IMG/VR virus record: IMGVR_UViG_3300020221_000005 | Span: 39,352 to 103,351 of that record | Direction: 5' to 3' (one strand) | DNA length: 64,000 nucleotides | Source of the DNA: a virus | Part shown: piece after piece, positions 35,098-43,887 of the stretch | How positions within the stretch are numbered: position 1 is the first letter of the stretch | Layout: each line of letters starts with the position of its first letter | The notes under the pieces: generated by a model | The model's input: only the letters and a program-made list of their open reading frames with translations | What the model was told of the DNA's origin: nothing | The model's database searches: none | Made by a program: the position numbers and the translations under genes

Positions 35098-37953
35098 ATG
35101 CATGGTGGTAACAAAAAGGGAACAGTATACAATTTATTAAGTCGTGATGTGGATATCATCGACAAATCTTATAGATCCGACTATTTTATTGTGTCGGACT
35201 TGGGTTATACATTGACATCAGGAAAAAACTTTTTTACTATAAATGGTTCGAATAAATTAAAACCTAACGCGGCAATATTATTAGAAATTGTCGACTCTGA
35301 AAATAACGTTTTATATTATGAAACTGCAAAAAGTGGTTATTTCAAATATTTAGATACTACAGATTTGATCGTTGGCGTACATGTATATGAATCTACGCCT
35401 ATTGGGTTTGGCACAGTAACATTACTTGGAACAACGGTAGATGGGAAGTCAGTTCGATGGTCTACAAATATAAAAATAAACTCTAAATTAGAAAACTCTT
35501 CTAGAGTAGTGTTTTTCCAGGATCCAAAAATTGAGATTTCTGAATTTTTGTCATTTATTTTAAATCAAAATATCTCTCAACAGCAACAATTTATTAATGA
35601 AATTTCAGGAAATATATATTGTTATAGTAATTTTCCAAAAGCATATTCAGATATTAAATCTATAGATTTTACTAAATTTGATTCCGATTATCGATTACGT
35701 TATATAGATACTTCTTCTGTGAATTTTTTAAACTTATTTTCTAAAGATAATATAAATAATGAAATAATTCTTAATATAAAAGAAATAGCTTATTTAGATA
35801 ATAATGTATTAAAAACAGCTTCGTTAAATATCACAGAGTCTTTTAATGTAAAAAACGTAATAAATAATTTTGAATTGCAATTAGATAGACCATTTATATA
35901 TAAAATAAACACCGTTAATCAAGTTGTGCCAATTATTTCCGCGTCTTTTAATCATAAATTCTTTTCGAATATATATATCACTTCATCGGGTCTTACAGGA
36001 AGTGGAGATGGAACTCCTGCTCCGACTGTTTTTTTAAATCAACAAATAGAAGGTGAAACTAAATTTTTAAAAGAATCATTTTTAGATGTAACTTATAAAA
36101 ATTTAAAAACTCTTACAGGAAAAGTTCATCGTCACAAAATTTATAGACGAAGTTTAAATAAAGCCTCTGATTTTGAATGTATTGCGGATGAACCGTTGTT
36201 GGAAAAAGAATTTATAGCCGATACCTCCACGATCAACCGATTTTATTCAAATATAGGAGAATTTTATAATTTAGACCACATAAATAGATATTATTATACA
36301 AGTTCTTCAGATTTATCACTGTCACACAGTTCGGTTGAAGTTTTAAATTCTCTTGTGTGTAATATAAAAGATTTGAATCTTGACCAATCTAGATACATCA
36401 TCATAAAAAATGACACGTCTTTGAAAACTAAAAATGAACATTCTTCATCATATATAGACTATGACGATGCATCATTTTTAATTCAAACAGGATCATCATA
36501 TGATTCTAATTTTATAAAATTATATAAAAATGCTGATTATTTATTCTCGGCTAATTTAGAAATTGAAAAAATCTCTGCATCTTTAGAAAGTAAGCTATTA
36601 TTTTATTTTACTGGCTCCTACAACACTTCATCTGCGATAGTAGAAAAAAATTATTCGGTGGATAAAGGATTAATTTTACATCAATATGTTTTACCAATAG
36701 GAACTAATTTTAAAAGATTTACTAAAAAAGATTTTAACGAATTGTATTTTTTAAACGATTATGTTGGTACTATCGTAATTGTTCCTGTAAACATTAAAAA
36801 ATTTAGATTGGATAATCTTTCTTTGAAGTCTCATGCAGAACGTGGATTTTCTACTGATTCTTTTTTTACAAGAATTTCCTGTCCCGTCACAATTAAAAAC
36901 GAACAATTTGAAATAAAATCGGAGTTGTTGGATATTAATAATAATTCTATATATTCCGATTTAAACAAGATTATAGCCGTGGATAAATCCGGCGAAACTT
37001 TATTTAGAAATATCTCGGGCGTTGTTAATGCAAATGCTGAAACTGTACTCAATCTTATCGGATCCGGATCAGGAAAAATAAGTTTTAGCGCATCTCGCGA
37101 TGGCCAAGCGGCAACTTTATCTGTTATAGAAAGCTTTGATGTGATAATGGGCAGCCTTAATGGGGCTAGATTTTTTCAAGTGGAAAAATCGGGAAATGAA
37201 ACTTATATGAAGTTGTCTGGATCTTTTTATTTAACAGGTTCTCAATATATAAAAGATGGAGGCATCAGTGCTAGCGGTGCAATCAGTGGTAGCACGTTAC
37301 ATGGCACCACATTAATTACGTCGCCGATAGGCAACTTCATCAATTTAACAGCAAGCAACATCAGTGCCAGTAACTTAATCAGTGGTAGCACGTTACATGG
37401 CACCACATTAATTACGTCGCCGATAGGCAACTTCATCAATTTAACAGCAAGCAACATCAGTGCCAGTAACTTAATCAGTGGTAGCAAGTTACATGGCACC
37501 ACATTAATTACGTCGCCGATAGGCAACTTCATCAATTTAACAGCAAGCAACATCAGTGCCAGTAACTTAATCAGTGGTAGCACGTTATATGGCACCACAT
37601 TAATTACGTCGCCGATAGGCAACTTCATCAATTTAACAGCAAGCAACATCAGTGCCAGTAACTTAATCAGTGGTAGCAAGTTACATGGCACCACATTAAT
37701 TACGTCGCCGATAGGCAACTTCATCAATTTAACAGCAAGCAACATCAGTGCCAGTAACTCAATTAGCGGAAATTTATTTGGAACAAGTAGTTATGCTAAA
37801 ACCAGCAGTCTCGGTTATTTTGTGTTTAATCATGGGCATAATAATAATTTTACCGCTTCTAATTTCGGTCAGTCTGCCAGAACTGCGTCTGGATATATTA
37901 GAGCGAATGTAAATGGATCAGATATTTATATACCGTATTATTCAAATATATAA
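35098..37953 (+). CDS. virion structural protein with C-terminal fibre-like 32-aa repeats
   Basis: Late motif at 35077; beta-rich body; five repeats of ISGSTLHGTTLITSPIGNFINLTASNISASNL; terminal GYIRANVNGSDIYIPYY trimer-tip-like motif. Confidence 0.65.
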   Translation: MHGGNKKGTVYNLLSRDVDIIDKSYRSDYFIVSDLGYTLTSGKNFFTINGSNKLKPNAAILLEIVDSENNVLYYETAKSGYFKYLDTTDLIVGVHVYESTPIGFGTVTLLGTTVDGKSVRWSTNIKINSKLENSSRVVFFQDPKIEISEFLSFILNQNISQQQQFINEISGNIYCYSNFPKAYSDIKSIDFTKFDSDYRLRYIDTSSVNFLNLFSKDNINNEIILNIKEIAYLDNNVLKTASLNITESFNVKNVINNFELQLDRPFIYKINTVNQVVPIISASFNHKFFSNIYITSSGLTGSGDGTPAPTVFLNQQIEGETKFLKESFLDVTYKNLKTLTGKVHRHKIYRRSLNKASDFECIADEPLLEKEFIADTSTINRFYSNIGEFYNLDHINRYYYTSSSDLSLSHSSVEVLNSLVCNIKDLNLDQSRYIIIKNDTSLKTKNEHSSSYIDYDDASFLIQTGSSYDSNFIKLYKNADYLFSANLEIEKISASLESKLLFYFTGSYNTSSAIVEKNYSVDKGLILHQYVLPIGTNFKRFTKKDFNELYFLNDYVGTIVIVPVNIKKFRLDNLSLKSHAERGFSTDSFFTRISCPVTIKNEQFEIKSELLDINNNSIYSDLNKIIAVDKSGETLFRNISGVVNANAETVLNLIGSGSGKISFSASRDGQAATLSVIESFDVIMGSLNGARFFQVEKSGNETYMKLSGSFYLTGSQYIKDGGISASGAISGSTLHGTTLITSPIGNFINLTASNISASNLISGSTLHGTTLITSPIGNFINLTASNISASNLISGSKLHGTTLITSPIGNFINLTASNISASNLISGSTLYGTTLITSPIGNFINLTASNISASNLISGSKLHGTTLITSPIGNFINLTASNISASNSISGNLFGTSSYAKTSSLGYFVFNHGHNNNFTASNFGQSARTASGYIRANVNGSDIYIPYYSNI
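37282..37761 (+). repeat. 96-bp tandem repeat x5
   Basis: Units at 37282, 37378, 37474, 37570 and 37666, nearly identical. Confidence 0.95.
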
Positions 37954-37964
37954 TATATATACAT

Positions 37965-38735
37965 ATGTCGCACATAAGTTTAATTAATCTTATAAAAGAA
38001 ACCAGATTGGCATCTAACCCTAAAGATCTGGAAAAAAATTCTGATAGATTAGAAACTTCTATAAATTTTCTTAAAAGCAAAAATAAAGTGTTGATTTTAG
38101 CCACGTCAAATCGATGGGAAGGGCACAAAGATGACGAAGCGAAATCTACGGTTTTAGCTAAAATTGTTCATGATAGATTGGGGTCTGATAAATCCACATT
38201 TATTGATGTTTCTAAATTAAATATTTTTGTTTGCGAAGGAAATGTTTCTACAAAGTGGGGTAACAATTGTGGGGTCAAAGAATCGATTTTAAAAGATAAA
38301 GATAAAAATCCTACTGGACAATTAAGATGCTGGGCTAGTGTTAATAATAAATCAGATGAGCTTTGGAAAATTTCAAAGGTGTTATTTGAGAGCGACTGCA
38401 TTCTTTTTTTCACTTCAATTCGGTGGGGGCAAACTAACAGCATATATCAAAAATTAATAGAGAGATTGACGTGGTTAGAAAATCGACACACTACGTTAGG
38501 CGAGTCTAATATATTAAAAGATAAAGATGCGGGTATGATTGCTATAGGTCAAAACTGGAACGGTAGTCGGGTAATAGATACTCAAAAAGATATTTTTAAT
38601 CATTTCGGATTTAATGTTCCTGCGGAAATTTCTTGGAACTGGCAGTATACGGAAGATAAATATGATGAAACTAAAAATTCATATAAAAAAGCAATAACTA
38701 CATTTAATGACACGTTTAAATCGCATGAAAAATAA
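37965..38735 (+). CDS. flavodoxin-fold protein (NADPH-dependent FMN reductase / iron-sulfur flavoprotein-like)
   Basis: ILATSNR...STVLA, LNIFVCEG...C...RCW, DELWKISKVLFESDCILFFTSIRWG...QKLIERL, LKDKDAGMI. Confidence 0.78.
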   Translation: MSHISLINLIKETRLASNPKDLEKNSDRLETSINFLKSKNKVLILATSNRWEGHKDDEAKSTVLAKIVHDRLGSDKSTFIDVSKLNIFVCEGNVSTKWGNNCGVKESILKDKDKNPTGQLRCWASVNNKSDELWKISKVLFESDCILFFTSIRWGQTNSIYQKLIERLTWLENRHTTLGESNILKDKDAGMIAIGQNWNGSRVIDTQKDIFNHFGFNVPAEISWNWQYTEDKYDETKNSYKKAITTFNDTFKSHEK

Positions 38736-41583
38736 ATACTATGAAATTTTAAAATCTGAAATTGATGAAATAGTTGAAGAATACATACAACATATTTTGT
38801 CAGAAAGTTTAGACGTTAGTATTAAACATTTAAATAAAGAAATAGACACAATTCAAAAAGCGTCTAACTTTATCAGTAAAAAGTTACATGTAGAAGAAAA
38901 AATAGATGGTACAAAACTAATTTTAGTAAGAAAAAATACAGATTCTTCAAATTATTCGGATAATTGGATTGTATCTTATAAAGGAAATATTTTGCATCCT
39001 GAAGAATTTGAACATTTTAATGAGAAGGATATAAAAGACATAAGTTCTAAATCTATAGGTATTTCTCAGTATAAAAATGTTTTTGAAAAGCTTAAAAAAA
39101 TAAATGATAAAATTTCTTTGGTTCCAAAAAATACTGCGTTTAGTTTAGAATTTGCTCAAAATAAAGACACATTGACTCGAACATATGTAACTACTCAAGC
39201 TTTATTTTTACGGTCTTTTGCGAATGTAAAATATTATGTAAATGACGGATTTTTGACTATTTCTAGTACAAGCGGAGAAATTACAGATTTTAATAGTATA
39301 AATGATATGGCTCGAATACTGGATATCTATACTTTTCCGGTAATTTTAGACGGATATATTAATACTAGAGAAAATTTTATTTCTGCAATAAAGTCTGATG
39401 AACTTCTTGGTATTTTTAATAAAACCGAAATAAATTTCGACGATTCTCTTGATATAATTTCTAAATTTTCTAAAATGATGGTATCGTTTTCATCTAAGTT
39501 AGGCGGAAAGCCAGAAGGCGTGGTGATACATACTTCAGATAATAAATTATATAAAGTTACACAGTCGGATCAATACGATTTAACCGTTAGGAGTAATAAA
39601 AAATTATCATCTCAGATGGATGCTGAATCTGAAAAAGAATATCAAAATAAAATTTCTGAACTTGCAAGGGGATTTGTAGATAGACTTGATTTTAGTAATT
39701 CGGTTGAAAATTTATTAAAAACGTATAATGATTTTATTAAAAAAGTTGATTTAGAAAAAATACACCATTCTAAAAAATCTCGTATAAATAAGATCGACGA
39801 TCTCATGTTAGCGGGAAAGTTTTTAATACAGAGATACGTTTTTTCTGGAAGAAATACAAAAACTTTGGGATTGGTTCCAATGGCAGCAAAACCTGTACAT
39901 TTGGGCCATTGGAAGTTAATACAACTCGCGTCGAAAGAAAATAATAATGTGATTGTTTATATTAGCGAAAAAGATCGTATCAAAAAAGGAGAGTATCCTA
40001 TAACAGGAAATCAAATGATACAGATATGGAATGAAATCTTAAAACGATATCTGCCAAATAATGTAAAAATAAAATTTGTAGACAGTCCTGTTTCTGCGGT
40101 TCGTTATATGCTTTTAGATTTAGATAAAGAATTTAATGAATCGCCTATCGTGAACATATATTCCGACATAGACGACATAAATTCATATAACTCAGAAGAA
40201 TTCAAATCAAAATATAAAAATTTATTTGGTTTAAATAAAATTAAATTAAGAGGGATAGAACGTTCTCACACGGTTGATATAAGTGGAACAAAAATGCGTG
40301 AATTTTTACAAAATGATGATAAACTTTCATTTACTAAAAATTTGCCCGATATTTCTGATTTAGACAAAGAGAAAATATATAACTTAATAAAAAATATTTC
40401 AAGATCAAAAACTTTGAACGAAAGTGGTCAATCGATTGCATCGATTGATCCTAAGACTCCTAAAACAGTTAACGGCAAAACTGCTAGAGCTGATAAAAAA
40501 CTCAATATTTCTGGTGGAAATAGAACAATTATTTCTGACCATATAAGAGATTTAGCTATTACCTTAAATAAACATATAAATTTTTGGAATCCAAACAATC
40601 CATATATTAAAAGCGGTTATATCTTTAATGGAAGTTCACAGCATCTAATGAATCCTGATGTGGATGATATATTAAGGAAAAAAACCGGCGATCCTGACAT
40701 TTCTTTGGAAAAAATAAAATCTGATTACGGTGATATAGATATTATTGTTCCTATAACTAAACTAGATGAACTTAAGAAATTTTTAGACACAAAGGATGAT
40801 AATAAAAGTGAATGGGAACCTGGATCAGAAAATAAAATAACCGACCAATTTTTTTATGTCGGTAGAACAAAGAGTGCCGCAGCAATACCTGATCAATTAG
40901 TTACTATTTTTTGGTACAAACCAAATAATCAAATTGTTCAGGTTGATTTCGAGGGAGACAATATGGTTAAAGATCAGCAAGGTTATGAGAAACCTTCTGA
41001 ATGGACTAAATTTTCAAAAGATTCTCCATTAGATGATTTGGCTAAAGGAATTAAAGGATTGGCAGGCGCAATTTTATTACGGTCATTAGCTAGAGGAACT
41101 ACCAGATTAGAAAATGTAATAGTTCTGACTCCCGGCGGAGTCAAAAAATATAAAGAAAAAAAAGAAATAACAGACAGGGAAATTTCTAAAAATAAAAGAG
41201 ACTCTATTCCATCTGAATATACTCTAAATACAGGCGGCGGAGGTGCAGGAATAAGAAAAGCTTATAACTATGTTGGAAAAATAAATAATAAAGATGCTTA
41301 TGAGTTTGTAGAAGCGCGAACGGCAAAAGATATGGGAGAAAAATTTGTATCAATTACAAATTTATCAAAAATATTTGAAATAATTTTTAAAAAATCTCCC
41401 ACATCGGATGACTTAAATAACTTTAGAAGTTTTCAGGGTCTTTTAAAAATGATGCGAGATAACTTAGACAAAAAAACTATAAATATTGTATTGAACAGAT
41501 TCGTGGAGATTATAAAAACCGAAAATATTTCTTCTACTGAAAAATCTGCTATAGAAGACATGATTAAATCTACTTTAACATAA
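38725..41583 (+). CDS. multidomain protein: RNA/ATP-ligase-like domain, HxGH cytidylyltransferase-like domain and Pol-beta-type nucleotidyltransferase (start probably ATG 38725)
   Basis: EEKIDG/FSLEF/PEGVVIH/LYKV; AAKPVHLGHW...ISGTKMREF; NGSS...YGDIDII...QVDFE. Confidence 0.75.
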   Translation: MKNKYYEILKSEIDEIVEEYIQHILSESLDVSIKHLNKEIDTIQKASNFISKKLHVEEKIDGTKLILVRKNTDSSNYSDNWIVSYKGNILHPEEFEHFNEKDIKDISSKSIGISQYKNVFEKLKKINDKISLVPKNTAFSLEFAQNKDTLTRTYVTTQALFLRSFANVKYYVNDGFLTISSTSGEITDFNSINDMARILDIYTFPVILDGYINTRENFISAIKSDELLGIFNKTEINFDDSLDIISKFSKMMVSFSSKLGGKPEGVVIHTSDNKLYKVTQSDQYDLTVRSNKKLSSQMDAESEKEYQNKISELARGFVDRLDFSNSVENLLKTYNDFIKKVDLEKIHHSKKSRINKIDDLMLAGKFLIQRYVFSGRNTKTLGLVPMAAKPVHLGHWKLIQLASKENNNVIVYISEKDRIKKGEYPITGNQMIQIWNEILKRYLPNNVKIKFVDSPVSAVRYMLLDLDKEFNESPIVNIYSDIDDINSYNSEEFKSKYKNLFGLNKIKLRGIERSHTVDISGTKMREFLQNDDKLSFTKNLPDISDLDKEKIYNLIKNISRSKTLNESGQSIASIDPKTPKTVNGKTARADKKLNISGGNRTIISDHIRDLAITLNKHINFWNPNNPYIKSGYIFNGSSQHLMNPDVDDILRKKTGDPDISLEKIKSDYGDIDIIVPITKLDELKKFLDTKDDNKSEWEPGSENKITDQFFYVGRTKSAAAIPDQLVTIFWYKPNNQIVQVDFEGDNMVKDQQGYEKPSEWTKFSKDSPLDDLAKGIKGLAGAILLRSLARGTTRLENVIVLTPGGVKKYKEKKEITDREISKNKRDSIPSEYTLNTGGGGAGIRKAYNYVGKINNKDAYEFVEARTAKDMGEKFVSITNLSKIFEIIFKKSPTSDDLNNFRSFQGLLKMMRDNLDKKTINIVLNRFVEIIKTENISSTEKSAIEDMIKSTLT

Positions 41584-41648
41584 TAAAATGTAGTGAGTTT
41601 TATTTTTTTTAAGAAAATTCATTATATATATCAACGGTTATTTAAATT

Positions 41649-42248
41649 ATGAAGCGTGCAAAAAATAAAAGTAATATTGATATTATAAAAGGTTATTTAT
41701 CCGGAGAAAGGCCATTTGTTCAAGTGGGATATAATTCTGATATGTCAGAAAGAAAAGAAGGTGAGACTTGGACAGATGCTGGAGGTAAATGTTGGATTTA
41801 TAAAAACGGAAGAAAACGGCGGATAAATACTCCGCAGAAAATAAATCCTGATATTATTAGATTGCGTTGTAAAGACTGTGATATGGATATGAAGTGGGGT
41901 AATTATTTGGACGACAAAATCTTTCCAAAAACAGGAAGATGTTACGATTGTAATATAAAATTTGAAACAAAATTAAAATTAGAAAATAAGTTTGAAGATT
42001 ATGAAAAAATAAAAGTTTTTAACAATCAAAAAAGTTTTTGCTTAGATTTAAAATCTAAATTAGAAGAGACTATAAAATATTTAGAAACCGCATCAAATGA
42101 TATTGTTTATTTAAATGAAGATGGTAGTAAAGAAATTTGGAAAGATACTACTAAAGAAAAAGTATTATCTGATGCTAAAAATGATTATAAGGAGTGTTTA
42201 GACGCACTAGATAGAATTGAAAATCAACTTAAAGCTTTAAATGGGTGA
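41649..42248 (+). CDS. hypothetical Zn-ribbon protein upstream of terminase
   Basis: CKDC...CYDC; overlaps the terminase start. Confidence 0.7.
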   Translation: MKRAKNKSNIDIIKGYLSGERPFVQVGYNSDMSERKEGETWTDAGGKCWIYKNGRKRRINTPQKINPDIIRLRCKDCDMDMKWGNYLDDKIFPKTGRCYDCNIKFETKLKLENKFEDYEKIKVFNNQKSFCLDLKSKLEETIKYLETASNDIVYLNEDGSKEIWKDTTKEKVLSDAKNDYKECLDALDRIENQLKALNG

Positions 42249-43857
42249 AACGAAACCAAATTTAAGAGAGATAATAAAGGAGGAATACAAACGATGTTTG
42301 TCTGATCCACTTTATTTCATGAGAAAATATGTAAAAATTCAACATCCGTTAAGAGGAACTCTTCCGTTTGATTTATTTCCGTTCCAAGAAGATGCTTTAA
42401 AAGGATTAATAAATAATAACTATAATATAATTTTAAAGTCAAGACAGATGGGTATTACTACTCTTACGTCAGCCTATGCTTTATGGTTAATGCTGTTTCA
42501 CAGTGATAAAAACATTTTGTGTATTAGTATAAAACAAGAAACGGCAAAAGAAATAATAACGCGAGTTAGATTTGCTAATAATAATTTGCCGTCTTGGTTA
42601 AAGGTTCAATGTATAGAAGATAATCGTTTATCTTTAAGATTGAAAAATGGTTCGCAAATAAAAGCCGTGTCTTCTTCAGGAGATGCGGGTCGTTCGTCGG
42701 CTCTTTCTTTATTAATAATAGATGAAGCCGCATATATAGATAATATAGAAGAAATTTGGCTATCTGCACAGCCAACTCTTTCTACCGGCGGTCGAGCAAT
42801 TTTACTGAGCACCCCAAATGGCGTAGGAAACTTTTTTCATAAAACGTGGGTCGGCGCAGAATCAAAACAGAACGAATTTAATACAATAAAATTACCATGG
42901 CAGCTTCATCCAGAACGTGACCAGTCTTGGAGAAACAAACAAACAGAATTGTCCGGAATAAAAGGTTCAGCTCAAGAATGCGACTGTGATTTTACTACTA
43001 CAGGTCATACAGTAATTGATACTGACACATTAAAGTGGGTCCAAGAAAAATGCATAAGAGACCCTTTGGAAAAAAGATTCGCCAATCAATCTTTGTGGAT
43101 TTGGGAATATCCTAATTATAGTAAACAATACATAGTGTGCGCAGATGTGGCTAGAGGCGATGGGGGTGACTATTCCGCATTTCATGTTTTAGAAATAAAT
43201 GATTTAAAACAAGTAGCAGAATTTAAAGGCTCGGTTGATACAAAAACGTATGGAAATATACTGGTGAGTGTGGCTAACGAATTTAACCGAGCAATACTTG
43301 TTATAGAAAATAATAGTTATGGTTGGGCTACCATTCAACAAGTTATAGATTTACAATATCCTAACACGTTTTATAGCAGCGCAGATTTATTATACGTCGA
43401 TTTAGAAAAACAGATGAATAATAAAATAAATCGTGCTGAAAAAAATATGGTTCCAGGATTTACTACAACAAATAAAACTCGTCCGCTTATAATTTCAAAA
43501 TTGGAATCTTACTTTAGAGAAAGATCAATAATAACAAATTCGGTGAGATTATATGAAGAGTTATCAGTATTCATTTGGAATGGAAGTAAACCAGAGGCAA
43601 TGGGTGGTTACAATGATGATTTAGTTACAAGCTTGGGGATGGGACTGTGGGTGAGAGATACCGCTTTGAGATTACAAACTCAAAGTGGAGAATATACTAA
43701 AAACTTAATCGATGCAATTAGTAGAACCGGTGGAGGATCTGCAATTTATACTTCAAAGACACAAGAATCAGAAAATTATTGGAGTATGCCGCTTCCTTCT
43801 CAAGGAAATAATAACGGAATTAATAAACAAAGAGAAGATTTAAAGTGGTTATTATAA
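42241..43857 (+). CDS. gp17: terminase large subunit (T4 gp17-like)
   Basis: LFPFQ, KSRQMGITT (Walker A), LLIIDEAA (Walker B), STPNG, nuclease ADVARG...DYSAF...NDDLV. Confidence 0.95.
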   Translation: MGETKPNLREIIKEEYKRCLSDPLYFMRKYVKIQHPLRGTLPFDLFPFQEDALKGLINNNYNIILKSRQMGITTLTSAYALWLMLFHSDKNILCISIKQETAKEIITRVRFANNNLPSWLKVQCIEDNRLSLRLKNGSQIKAVSSSGDAGRSSALSLLIIDEAAYIDNIEEIWLSAQPTLSTGGRAILLSTPNGVGNFFHKTWVGAESKQNEFNTIKLPWQLHPERDQSWRNKQTELSGIKGSAQECDCDFTTTGHTVIDTDTLKWVQEKCIRDPLEKRFANQSLWIWEYPNYSKQYIVCADVARGDGGDYSAFHVLEINDLKQVAEFKGSVDTKTYGNILVSVANEFNRAILVIENNSYGWATIQQVIDLQYPNTFYSSADLLYVDLEKQMNNKINRAEKNMVPGFTTTNKTRPLIISKLESYFRERSIITNSVRLYEELSVFIWNGSKPEAMGGYNDDLVTSLGMGLWVRDTALRLQTQSGEYTKNLIDAISRTGGGSAIYTSKTQESENYWSMPLPSQGNNNGINKQREDLKWLL

Positions 43858-43887
43858 TTCTTTTTAACTATTTATTTTTATAAAAAT

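Noticed and set aside
37242-37745. Minus-strand repeat ORF (and the similar one at 733-927)
   Set aside because: Antisense shadows of the 96-bp fibre repeat.
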